The notes below the pieces were generated by a model, which saw only the letters and a list, made by a program, of their open reading frames with translations, was not told where the DNA came from and ran no database searches. A program made the translations under genes and the position numbers. From a virus, in the IMG/VR virus record IMGVR_UViG_3300008266_000018, positions 26,919-90,918 of that record: DNA of 64,000 bases; one strand, 5' to 3'. Position 1 is the first letter of the stretch, and each line of letters opens with the position of its first letter. Below are positions 39,209 through 48,411 of the stretch, piece by piece.

Positions 39209-39826
39209 ATGACAAACGTCGTTACAGAAATTTCAAATACGCTTAATTCTATAGGGAATTTTTTCACTATGGCAAACGCGACAATTGCAGCATTAATTAT
39301 TTTTACCGGATACTTAATAAGTTTCAGCAAGAAAATTAAACCATATATTTCAGTAAAAGATGATATTGCTTCATTAAAAGTAGACCTCGCTAAAATATCA
39401 AGTGAATTTAAAACAAATGGCGGCAAAAGCTTAAAAGATCAAATAAACGATTTACAAACATCTACAAAAACCATTCTTTATAGACAAAGATGGATACTTG
39501 ATAACAGAGAAGAGCCGATATTTGAAACAGATGAACATGGAAATTTTACATGGGTAAACGATGCATTTGCAAGATTAACAGATAGACCGTTCAGAGATTT
39601 ACAAAATAATAACTGGATTAATTGTTTAAAAGAAGACACAAGGGAAGAAATCACTGTTAGTTGGAATGTAGCGATGGAAAATAAAAGAACTTTCGAGCAT
39701 ATATTATTTGTAGTTGATAGTAAAAATAGAGTTTTTTCTACAAAATGCATTGCTTCTCGTCAAGAAGATGGAAAATATATAGGAAGTTTTACGAACGTAG
39801 AGAAAATCGTTGAAAAAAAATCTTGA
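39209..39826 (+). CDS. Single-TM protein with PAS domain
   Basis: TM at about aa 20-38, NGGKSLKD, PIFETDEHGNFTWVNDAFARLT...W. Confidence 0.75.
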   Translation: MTNVVTEISNTLNSIGNFFTMANATIAALIIFTGYLISFSKKIKPYISVKDDIASLKVDLAKISSEFKTNGGKSLKDQINDLQTSTKTILYRQRWILDNREEPIFETDEHGNFTWVNDAFARLTDRPFRDLQNNNWINCLKEDTREEITVSWNVAMENKRTFEHILFVVDSKNRVFSTKCIASRQEDGKYIGSFTNVEKIVEKKS

Positions 39827-39850
39827 CTTCGTGAAAAATACATGTAATAT
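39823..39850 (+). promoter_or_regulatory. Sigma70-type promoter
   Basis: TTGACT-16-TAATAT. Confidence 0.55.
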
Positions 39851-39858
39851 GTAAGTGT

Positions 39859-40563
39859 ATGATTAAGTATATTAATATTATTATCGCAACCCTTATGGCT
39901 TCAGTCGCAGTTTTCGCTGCGGATACTGAATCACCTGTTAACGCCAGCATTAACGCTGGTTATAACAACCATTATATTGTGAATGGTTTGGCAAAAACTG
40001 GCGGACAAGGTTTCGCTGGTTTCAATATTGGATCGACATATTTTGGTGTCGATGGTTATGTCGGCGGCGTTATTCTTCCAGACGCTAATAACATTGATGA
40101 ATCCCACTGGAATGTTGGTGTAGGCAAGGCTTTGAAGGTTACCGAGAAGTTCTCGCTTCGCGGAGATTTGCAAGTTCTTCGTCATCAAAGTTCAATCGTA
40201 GGAGGCCGCAATTCAATCGAAATAGCTCCAAAGATTGCTTTGGTAAATCCATATCTAACTCCATATATTCGCGGTTCTCATGATTTCAATCTAAAGCAAT
40301 CAGGATATATTGTTGGCGTTGAACGTCCTACCGACGTATTTGGTTGGGTTACTGTCACCCCATCAGTTGAGTATGGCAAGTTCACTGATTATGATGTTGT
40401 GGCTGCTAAGATTGGCGTGTCACGCACCTTCTTCAATCATCTAACTCCTTATGCTGAAGTTGGCTGGTACGACAACAACTTCTCAGCTTCAAAGTACAAG
40501 TTCGCTTCTCAAGAGTTTAGCGGCGATATCGTCGCTACTGCTGGAGTTCGTTGGAACTTCTAA
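39859..40563 (+). CDS. Outer-membrane beta-barrel protein
   Basis: Signal peptide, amphipathic beta strands, BAM-type C-terminus AGVRWNF. Confidence 0.8.
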   Translation: MIKYINIIIATLMASVAVFAADTESPVNASINAGYNNHYIVNGLAKTGGQGFAGFNIGSTYFGVDGYVGGVILPDANNIDESHWNVGVGKALKVTEKFSLRGDLQVLRHQSSIVGGRNSIEIAPKIALVNPYLTPYIRGSHDFNLKQSGYIVGVERPTDVFGWVTVTPSVEYGKFTDYDVVAAKIGVSRTFFNHLTPYAEVGWYDNNFSASKYKFASQEFSGDIVATAGVRWNF

Positions 40564-40582
40564 AAAATAAATAAAACAAGTC

Positions 40583-40612
40583 AACCGTCATCCGAAAGGG
40601 TGGCGGTTTTTT
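40583..40612 (+). terminator. Intrinsic terminator
   Basis: AACCGTCATCC-GAAA-GGGTGGCGGTT plus T-run. Confidence 0.85.
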
Positions 40613-40626
40613 GCTGCAAAAATCTC

Positions 40627-40654
40627 TTGACAAAGCACTTGGTCCGTACATAAT
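40627..40654 (+). promoter_or_regulatory. Sigma70-type promoter
   Basis: TTGACA-16-CATAAT. Confidence 0.6.
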
Positions 40655-40692
40655 AGTGATGTCCACTTGAATTGTGGACTTTTTGAATCAAA

Positions 40693-40953
40693 ATGAATAC
40701 TGAAATCTCAGATCCAAACATTGTAAAACTCGAAAATATTATCGCAAAGGCTACCGCTGATCAGATCGATATTTTGTGGGCTATTCTTAAGTATAAGGAA
40801 ATTGGAATTTATAGGAAAGTAAAGTGCATGTGCGTTGTTTTAGGTTCAGACTTGGAATCCGCAGTAAGTCTGCTTCCAAAAGATCAAGATGGCAGAATTC
40901 TTGATTACAAGAGCCGCCACATGATTCACGATATTTTAATTAAATATTCCTAA
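40693..40953 (+). CDS. Hypothetical protein
   Basis: ORF after the promoter. Confidence 0.55.
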   Translation: MNTEISDPNIVKLENIIAKATADQIDILWAILKYKEIGIYRKVKCMCVVLGSDLESAVSLLPKDQDGRILDYKSRHMIHDILIKYS

Positions 40954-41252
40954 TGAAACCTTTCAGCGGATCTATAGATCAACTTCTCCAAAGATGTTCG
41001 GAGATGTCTATAAAAGAAATTGATAAAATAGACGCTGAAGCCGAGAAGAATATGTCTATCTCTTTTATAATGAAGGAGATGGACTGTTCTTTTGAAGAAG
41101 CTATTGCTGTTTATAAAGAAATAGCAATGATAGAAACGCAAAAAGCTTTAGATAAAATGTTAAAAGCAGGAGAAGTTAAGATAGTTGGATACAATGAAGA
41201 TGGAGAAGCTTTATACGATGTAACAAAGAAAGGAAGGAAAAAGTTGAAATGA
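40953..41252 (+). CDS. Hypothetical protein
   Basis: Translationally coupled ORF. Confidence 0.55.
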   Translation: MKPFSGSIDQLLQRCSEMSIKEIDKIDAEAEKNMSISFIMKEMDCSFEEAIAVYKEIAMIETQKALDKMLKAGEVKIVGYNEDGEALYDVTKKGRKKLK

Positions 41253-41833
41253 ATGTATTAGATTTAATAAATCAAAATCCCAGCACTGGAAGATCTTCTT
41301 CTCAAATTTTTACATACAAAGAGCTTTTTAAAAGATTCAATTTTAATTCAATTAATATAGTCGAAACAGGATGCATTAGAAACCCAAACGATTCTTGTGA
41401 TGGATGGGGAACCGTTTTATGGAAAAGGTGGGCAGACGCAAGCAATAGTTTTGTTTATTCTGTAGATAATAATTCTCACCATTTATTTAACTGTATGAGC
41501 GTTGTAAAATATTCTCCTAGAGTGTTTTATATACACAATGACTCAGTTGAATTTTTAAGAAATTTACCGCCTTCTTTTTCTATTCAATTTCTATTTTTAG
41601 ATAGTTACGATTACGCTGGAGATGAAAAAAATAAAAAACTTGCGGCTGAACATCAATTAAGCGAAATTCAGGCGGCAGAAAAAAATCTTAAACATAATTC
41701 TTTGATTTTAATTGACGATATTTTTAATACCACATCATTTCAAGGTAAAGGAGAATTATCTATACCTTATTTATTAAATAAGAAGTGGAAAATTATTAAC
41801 TATTCAGACACTCAAATACTGTTATCAAAATGA
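41249..41833 (+). CDS. Class I SAM-dependent methyltransferase
   Basis: IVETGCIRNP, FLDSYD, LIDD; paralog of 10470-11072. Confidence 0.75.
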   Translation: MNVLDLINQNPSTGRSSSQIFTYKELFKRFNFNSINIVETGCIRNPNDSCDGWGTVLWKRWADASNSFVYSVDNNSHHLFNCMSVVKYSPRVFYIHNDSVEFLRNLPPSFSIQFLFLDSYDYAGDEKNKKLAAEHQLSEIQAAEKNLKHNSLILIDDIFNTTSFQGKGELSIPYLLNKKWKIINYSDTQILLSK

Positions 41834-42627
41834 TACATATTATCTATAGAACTTGCGAGAAGTTTAACCCAACAAATGGAAGTCGCCCAAGCTGGTGTCA
41901 AGACAAAGAATTTAAAAATAAATGCCTTAAATCTTTAGCGTCTGGATTAAAAGATCAAGAATATAAATTTATAGTTATTGGCGACAAATTAAGTCAAGAA
42001 TCTATAAATGGAATTAAATCTATAATCCCAAACGCTGATATTCGCAATTTTGAAGAAGGTCTTGGTAATCAAAAAAGTTTATTTCAATCTTATTATGCCG
42101 CAGATTCTTTAAAAGAAGACAAAGACGTAGTTTTCTTTTGCGAGGATGATTATCTATTTTTGCCTAATTGGTTTAAAAACATGAGCTATTTCTTCACAAA
42201 TATAGCTAACAAATGCGAATATTCATTTTATCATCCCACTGATTATCCAGATCAATATAGAGATGATAGGACAAGAAGAGGGTATTTGTTTCTGAATCCA
42301 AATGGCGGCTGGTATAGAGAAGTTGACAGCACAACTTGCACCAAAGCTTGTTTAATTAAAACTTATAAGAAGTACGCCGAATTAATGAAAGATTGTGCAA
42401 TAAGAAAGAAAATAGGATACAATCAGCAAGCTGAACCAGTTTATGATTCCACCGGAGCAGATGATGGTAGATTATCTGAAATATTCGGTCATAAAAACGC
42501 TATGGGATATATTAAATTGACTCAAACTGCTTTTTGCTTTAGCCCAATTCCCGGCGACTCCGCTCATGTTCACGAAGGTACGACAAGTTATTTTATCGAC
42601 TGGAAAAATATTTATAATAATATTTAA
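41830..42627 (+). CDS. GT-A (GT2-like) glycosyltransferase
   Basis: FFCEDDY; DYPDQY; STTCT. Confidence 0.7.
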   Translation: MIHIIYRTCEKFNPTNGSRPSWCQDKEFKNKCLKSLASGLKDQEYKFIVIGDKLSQESINGIKSIIPNADIRNFEEGLGNQKSLFQSYYAADSLKEDKDVVFFCEDDYLFLPNWFKNMSYFFTNIANKCEYSFYHPTDYPDQYRDDRTRRGYLFLNPNGGWYREVDSTTCTKACLIKTYKKYAELMKDCAIRKKIGYNQQAEPVYDSTGADDGRLSEIFGHKNAMGYIKLTQTAFCFSPIPGDSAHVHEGTTSYFIDWKNIYNNI

Positions 42628-42636
42628 TAAATAAAT

Positions 42637-43248
42637 ATGACTCTTCTTACTTACCACGATGCTAATTACAAATCTTTAGCGAATGCGACAAATCCTATTA
42701 TAAAAAAATATTGCGAAAAACATAATTATGTATTTAGATCAAGAAACGAACCTTATTTAGCTCAAGGCAGACCTAGTTCTTGGGCTAAAATAAATGCAAT
42801 CAAAGAAGAGTTTGAAAAAACTAGCGATTGGATTTTTTGGATAGACACAGATGCGGCAATAACGAATCATCAAGTAAAAATAGAAAATATTATTGATGAA
42901 AATTATAATAGTATTTTTTCTCCAGATGGTTGTGAATGGATAAGTGCTTGTTGCTTTGCGATAAAAAAAACAAATGATTCAATAAAATTATTAAATAAAA
43001 TATGGGATCAACCAAATGAAGTAATAAATCATTGTTGGTGGGAAAATCTCGCCTTAATGAAAGTCCTTGAAAACGATTCTGATTTAAGAAAAACTTGTAA
43101 AATAATTGAATATAAAAAAATATTTTCTCAAATACAGAACTGGAATAAAGGAGATTTCATAATGCATATTGGAGGAGGATTAAGAGTAGGTGAAAAAAAG
43201 GCTGATATGATGAATCATTTTTTAAATTCTAATTCAATTGTTTATTAA
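42637..43248 (+). CDS. GT34 (MNN10/GMA12-like) glycosyltransferase
   Basis: YCEKHNY, WAKI, WIFWIDTDA, GDFIMH. Confidence 0.8.
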   Translation: MTLLTYHDANYKSLANATNPIIKKYCEKHNYVFRSRNEPYLAQGRPSSWAKINAIKEEFEKTSDWIFWIDTDAAITNHQVKIENIIDENYNSIFSPDGCEWISACCFAIKKTNDSIKLLNKIWDQPNEVINHCWWENLALMKVLENDSDLRKTCKIIEYKKIFSQIQNWNKGDFIMHIGGGLRVGEKKADMMNHFLNSNSIVY

Positions 43249-43992
43249 GTGAATAAAATTGGAATTATAAGACCTTGTAAAATTGGAGATTTGATAATAT
43301 CTTTACCTATAGGCAAATATTATTTTAATAAAGGATACGAGATATATTGGCCTATCATGTCTAAATACTATCAGATGTTTCATGAAGTTGCTGGGCATTA
43401 TATAAATTTTATTCCAATAACAAACTTAGATTTTTTTGTCGTAAATAGCGCAAAGCAAGAATTGATTGATAGAAAAGTTTCAAATATATTGAATTTAACA
43501 TTCAACGTTGGAACATTTAACGATGTTAATTCTTTGAATTTTGCCTCATCAAATTTATCTTTCGATCAATTTATTTATAAACTAGCAAACGTGCCTTTCG
43601 ATCAAAAATGGAATTTAGATATAAAAAGAAATGTAATTGAAGAAGAAAAGGCTTATAAATCTTTAGTTAAAAATAACGAATATTCTGTTTGCCATTTCGA
43701 AGTAGATTATAATAAATATGGATGGCAAAAAGGTAAACAAACAAGAGATGGATATTTTAATCTTTGCAAAAATAAAATAAAAAATCAAATCATAGAGATA
43801 AACAAAGCGCAAAATATAAAAAATATTTTTTATTGGTTAAAAATATTAGAAAATTCAAAGCAACTATTTCTTGTTGATAGTAGCATTTTAAACTTAATTG
43901 AAGGATTAAATATTAATACAGAAAAATATATCTTATTAAGATCAAGCAAAAAAGAAACTCCAATTATTAAAAACAACTGGAATATAATATAA
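43249..43992 (+). CDS. GT9-like glycosyltransferase
   Basis: KIGDLII, LVDSS. Confidence 0.6.
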   Translation: MNKIGIIRPCKIGDLIISLPIGKYYFNKGYEIYWPIMSKYYQMFHEVAGHYINFIPITNLDFFVVNSAKQELIDRKVSNILNLTFNVGTFNDVNSLNFASSNLSFDQFIYKLANVPFDQKWNLDIKRNVIEEEKAYKSLVKNNEYSVCHFEVDYNKYGWQKGKQTRDGYFNLCKNKIKNQIIEINKAQNIKNIFYWLKILENSKQLFLVDSSILNLIEGLNINTEKYILLRSSKKETPIIKNNWNII

Positions 43993-43999
43993 TTTAAAA

Positions 44000-44653
44000 A
44001 TGAAAATAACTATTTATAAAGGAGATAGAGAAGACGTATTAAAAGACATTGCTCAAATTAAAAATGGTATTTGTGCGGAAATTGGAGTTTTAGAAGGATA
44101 TTATTCAAAAAAAATCTTAGAACAAAATCCTAAAACTCTTTATTTAATTGACGTTTGGATGCCTCTTAAAAATTATGAAGATATAACTAACAATATTAAT
44201 TACCCAAATGCATTCGCAAAAGTAAAAAATATGTCAGATTCTTACGCAAATAAATGCGTAATGATTAAAGAAACGTCTATTGAAGCTTCTAAGAATTTTA
44301 AAAATAATTTTTTTGATTTTATTTATATAGACGCGAATCATTGTTATGAAGAAATAAAAAAAGATATTCTTGCATGGTTTCCAAAAGTAAAAAATGGAGG
44401 AGTTTTAAGCGGTCACGATTATTTAAAATTTAATTGGGAAGAAAATAAAAATTTTTTAAAAAATGGAAAAGACGTATTTCTATATACAGAAAATAAAATA
44501 GTAAAAATTGGTGGAGAAGAATGCAAAAATAAAGAAAATAAATTCGGCGTATTTGGAGTTAATCCTGCTGTAAATGAATTTTGTATAGAAAATAATTATG
44601 AATTAAATATAACGAATGAATTAAGCGCAAATTGGTGGATAGTTAAAAAATAA
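44000..44653 (+). CDS. SAM methyltransferase (Methyltransf_24-like)
   Basis: EIGVLEG, DFIYIDANH.Y, GGVLSGHDY. Confidence 0.85.
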   Translation: MKITIYKGDREDVLKDIAQIKNGICAEIGVLEGYYSKKILEQNPKTLYLIDVWMPLKNYEDITNNINYPNAFAKVKNMSDSYANKCVMIKETSIEASKNFKNNFFDFIYIDANHCYEEIKKDILAWFPKVKNGGVLSGHDYLKFNWEENKNFLKNGKDVFLYTENKIVKIGGEECKNKENKFGVFGVNPAVNEFCIENNYELNITNELSANWWIVKK

Positions 44654-44654
44654 A

Positions 44655-44729
44655 AAATATTTATTGATAAAAGCTTTAGATCGTCCAAAAGGAATGCCAA
44701 TAATAAAAAATAACTGGAGAATTATTTAA
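44655..44729 (+). pseudogene. Relic 3' end of a GT9-like gene
   Basis: Reads KYLLIKALDRPKGMPIIKNNWRII*, versus KYILLRSSKKETPIIKNNWNII* at the end of 43249-43992. Confidence 0.7.
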
Positions 44730-45355
44730 TGAGCAATTATCAAGCTGTTATCACTAGATATAATGAAGATATTGAGTGGGTTAAGACGTTCGATGACTAT
44801 ATAGTATTTAATAAAGGAAGCAATATAGGAATAAATCAAGAAATCTTAAATAGGACATATAATTTGCCTAATCTTGGAATAGATGTAGAAGTAATTTTGC
44901 GTTATATTACGACGCATTATAATTATTTACCCAGTAAAGTAGCATTTTGTCAGGGTAATTATTTTGATCATTATCAATTAACTCTTAATGAATTCAAGCA
45001 TCAATTATTAACGCTACAAAACGGACATAGTATTTTAAATTATAATTACAATAGATATGGAGAAATTAATAGCAATAAACCCTCATTTAATATTGAAGAA
45101 TGGCCTCCAAATCGTAAATTAGAAAATTATAAGCCACAATATAATCTGGAAAACTGGTGGAAAGAATTATCTGGAGAAGCGTATGTCCAAAAACAAATGG
45201 TTTTTTGGGGTAGTATATTTTGCGTCGATAAAACTTTAATTCATAGAAGACCGTTATCTTTTTATAATAAAATGCATCAATACTACATTAAAAATTTAAA
45301 TCCAGTAGAAACTCATTTTGCAGAAAGATCATGGGTAAATATATTTAAAATTTAA
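44729..45355 (+). CDS. DUF3431-like glycosyltransferase-related protein
   Basis: RYNEDIEW, LPNLG, YI..HY..LP, ERSW..IF. Confidence 0.75.
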   Translation: MSNYQAVITRYNEDIEWVKTFDDYIVFNKGSNIGINQEILNRTYNLPNLGIDVEVILRYITTHYNYLPSKVAFCQGNYFDHYQLTLNEFKHQLLTLQNGHSILNYNYNRYGEINSNKPSFNIEEWPPNRKLENYKPQYNLENWWKELSGEAYVQKQMVFWGSIFCVDKTLIHRRPLSFYNKMHQYYIKNLNPVETHFAERSWVNIFKI

Positions 45356-45357
45356 AA

Positions 45358-46404
45358 ATGAAAAATATTATATATACAATTGTAGATAAAAACTTTTATA
45401 AGCTATTCAAATATTTTTATTACTCTTTAAGAAGATACGATTCTGAAACTAAGCTCGTTTGCATAACTCCGACAGATTTAGAAATAAAATTTAAAGATGT
45501 TATCCAATACAAAAGAGATGATTTTGATTTTAAATATTTTGGCAAATACAAAATAATTGAATGGTCTGAATTTGATATGCATGACAACTATGTTTATTTA
45601 GATACTGATATACTATTTTTAGAAAATCCAAAAGATTTATTTATTGAAATTGAAAAAGATAAAAATAGAATCCATTCTGTTATAGAAAATTATTCAATCA
45701 ACAATGCGGACGAACATTTCAATTTTAATAAAACCATATTTGAAAAAGACACACCTTCTTTCAACGCTGGAAATTTTGGTTTTCATAAAAGTTTAAAATC
45801 TAAAATTAAAGAGTTTATTGAATATACAGAAAAAAATAAAGAAAAAGCGATATTTTTCGATCAACCTTTATTAAATGTTTTTTTTCACGATTTGATAAAT
45901 GATAGCTTTTCAAAACATATAGAACTTTTTGAATTTGTGAAACCAATAAAACCTAAATTAATTCATCTTTTAGGATCTTTGTATGATATTGGAGGCAAAA
46001 GTCAAACATATAAAAAATATTTACGAAAAGAGTCTCGCGGTGATATTTTATTTCATTTACCTCAAAAATCAAATATTGGATTATTTAATTGTGGAGATTA
46101 TTTTGAAAATGAATCCATAAAACTTATGAGAGAAACAAGAAAAAAAGAAATAAATGTATTTAAAAATAATTACACAGTAAATAATGAATTTTACGATTAC
46201 ATTTATATAGACAGTGCTTCAAGCGTAAATGAATTAGTGGATATAATAAGAAAAATTTATCCAAAAGTCAAAGGCGGCGGTATTATAGCTTCAGTTATGG
46301 GAGGAGAAGCAGGAAAAAACGCTTTAAAAAACTTTATTACGAAATCAGGGCTTGACTTCTTTCAATGTTATGAAGATGATGTGTTCTTTACGATAAAGCT
46401 ATGA
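45358..46404 (+). CDS. GT8-like glycosyltransferase with degenerate methyltransferase tail
   Basis: YLDTD, FNAG, DQPLLN; DYIYID..KGGGII. Confidence 0.75.
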   Translation: MKNIIYTIVDKNFYKLFKYFYYSLRRYDSETKLVCITPTDLEIKFKDVIQYKRDDFDFKYFGKYKIIEWSEFDMHDNYVYLDTDILFLENPKDLFIEIEKDKNRIHSVIENYSINNADEHFNFNKTIFEKDTPSFNAGNFGFHKSLKSKIKEFIEYTEKNKEKAIFFDQPLLNVFFHDLINDSFSKHIELFEFVKPIKPKLIHLLGSLYDIGGKSQTYKKYLRKESRGDILFHLPQKSNIGLFNCGDYFENESIKLMRETRKKEINVFKNNYTVNNEFYDYIYIDSASSVNELVDIIRKIYPKVKGGGIIASVMGGEAGKNALKNFITKSGLDFFQCYEDDVFFTIKL

Positions 46405-46772
46405 ACGAAAAGATAACTAAAAGAATAATTGAGCAAAATCCTAAAATCTTCGCGCCGAATTTCTATTTTGAATGCGACGATGGCTGGGCAGATATTATTT
46501 TTAATCTGTGCAAAGAGCTTCAGCAAGAAATAGACAACTCAGGCTGCGAACAAGTGGTCGCCGCCCAAGTTAAAGAAAAATTTGCAGGACTTCGATTTTA
46601 TGCTTCTGGCGGCAGCGAAAAGACTAGTCAGATAATTGATAAGTACAGCAAGCTCTCAACTGAAACTTGCGAAGTAACTGGCGGCAGAGGTTATATCTGC
46701 GAAAAACACGATTGGTACAAGACTCTTTGTCCTGAAGCTGCGCTTCTCCTTGGGTTTAAGAGGTGCAAGTGA
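46401..46772 (+). CDS. Phage hypothetical protein
   Basis: ECDDGW, QVKEKFAGLRFY, TCEVTG. Confidence 0.7.
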   Translation: MNEKITKRIIEQNPKIFAPNFYFECDDGWADIIFNLCKELQQEIDNSGCEQVVAAQVKEKFAGLRFYASGGSEKTSQIIDKYSKLSTETCEVTGGRGYICEKHDWYKTLCPEAALLLGFKRCK

Positions 46773-46841
46773 GAAATTTACTCTTTCTTGAAGAATTTTC
46801 TTGATTCTTCGCCTTTTATGCCGTAAGTTCATTTCAAGACT

Positions 46842-47532
46842 TATGAAATTACTTGATTTATTTTGTTGCGCTGGCGGAGCAAGCATGGGCTATAGCCAAG
46901 CTGGATTTGAGGTAACTGGAGTTGATATTAAAGATCAGCCCAGTTATCCTTTTAAATTTATTAAAGGAGATGTTTTAGAAATCTTGAAAGACAAAGAATT
47001 TCTCAATTCTTTTGACGTTATTCACGCTTCACCTCCTTGTCAGGGGTATAGCAGCGCGACAAAGCCAGATTCAATTTATGTTCATTATTCCCAAGGCAAA
47101 GATACTCCTAAATTAATTGAGCCAGTTCGCACCGCATTAATTAACACTGGTAAATATTATATTATTGAGAATGTAGCTGGAGCAAAAGAATATCTTATAG
47201 AACCGTTTAAATTAACTGGTTATATGTTTAATATGCCAATTGAAAGAACGCGATATTTTGAATGTAATTTTCCTGTTGCAGAGTTAAAAAGTATAACTAA
47301 ACGTGGATATTCTAAAAAATATGCCGAAGATAATGGAATAGATTATCGCGATATGAGTGTGACTGGAAAAAGCCGCCGTAAAGGATCAATCGATGTTTGG
47401 CGTAAGGTTATGGATATGCCTTGGGCAGGTCGCGGTTGGGAGCTAACCGAAGCTATTCCTCCAGCTTATACTAAATACATTGGTGAACAACTTTTAAAAT
47501 ATGAAAGCAATCTTAGAATTCAATTTACCTGA
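46842..47532 (+). CDS. C5-cytosine DNA methyltransferase (compact type)
   Basis: LDLFCCAGG, HASPPCQ, IENV, R.R.F, EAIPPAYT. Confidence 0.85.
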
Positions 47533-47725
47533 AGATCAGAGACAGTTCGAAATGGCTAATCAGGCTGCTGATATGGTCGCTGCTATTGGTCATTTTGAAG
47601 ATAGACTACGAAGCTATATAAAATACGGCCACGAATTTAAATCTGCAAATGAAGCTCTTGAATCTATTCGCGCTCTTTTGCATGAAGAAATTAACCTTCG
47701 ACGCATAAATATACATGACTGCTGA
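47501..47725 (+). CDS. Hypothetical protein
   Basis: MKAILEFNLPED phage-type N-terminus. Confidence 0.6.
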   Translation: MKAILEFNLPEDQRQFEMANQAADMVAAIGHFEDRLRSYIKYGHEFKSANEALESIRALLHEEINLRRINIHDC

Positions 47726-48002
47726 TATACAAAAAGAAATAGTTAAACTCTCTGAACAGTGGTACGAACTTATTAGTAGCAATCATCATAAAGATAAAGA
47801 TTGCCATTGGTACATAGAAACGCGCTGGTCTTATGGCGAGCAACCTGAGTTTCGAGTGTTGCATCATGGCTATATTACTGATGACATAGAAATTGCCTGT
47901 GACTCTTATGATACGGCACTAATGGAATTGCGAACTATTATTAAACGAGCTATTGAAAGAGAAAAAGAATTAGAAAAACTACCAAATTCTAATGTCTGGT
48001 AA
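47715..48002 (+). CDS. Hypothetical protein
   Basis: HHKDKDCHWYI. Confidence 0.55.
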   Translation: MTADIQKEIVKLSEQWYELISSNHHKDKDCHWYIETRWSYGEQPEFRVLHHGYITDDIEIACDSYDTALMELRTIIKRAIEREKELEKLPNSNVW

Positions 48003-48408
48003 ATCTAAAGGGTTTACTTTAATAGAAATAGTGTTGGCGACAGTGATATTATTATCATTGATCGCCGCGCTTGTTATTAACTTTGATTCTTTAAGAGGAG
48101 ATCAATACAAAGAAGCGAAAGAGAATCTCAAAACATTTCTAATAAATAAACGTCATCAAGCCGCATATCATCAAAAAGAGCTTGAGCTATCTTTCTCTGA
48201 AGATTATACGATTAATTCAATTGAAAATCCTGACGAGCTTGCGGCGATAACTAACGATTTAAAAATAATAGAAACTTCCGCGACAAAAATCGTTTTTTTT
48301 CTTGACGGCACAATTGAAGAAAGCTATATTATCACCAGTTCTAATGATGGAAAAGTAACTAATACTTTTCGTATAAACGTCATTGGAAAAATAGACTACG
48401 ATAAATAA
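47992..48408 (+). CDS. Type IV pilin/pseudopilin-like protein
   Basis: KG/FTLIEIVLATVILLSLIAAL class III signal with E5; IVFFLDG (FimT/GspH-like). Confidence 0.8.
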   Translation: MSGKSKGFTLIEIVLATVILLSLIAALVINFDSLRGDQYKEAKENLKTFLINKRHQAAYHQKELELSFSEDYTINSIENPDELAAITNDLKIIETSATKIVFFLDGTIEESYIITSSNDGKVTNTFRINVIGKIDYDK

Positions 48409-48411
48409 TTT

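Noticed and set aside
37441-39826. Canonical Pycsar or CBASS operon
   Set aside because: No cNMP-binding, TIR or CD-NTase partner is recognisable; kept as an unclassified module.
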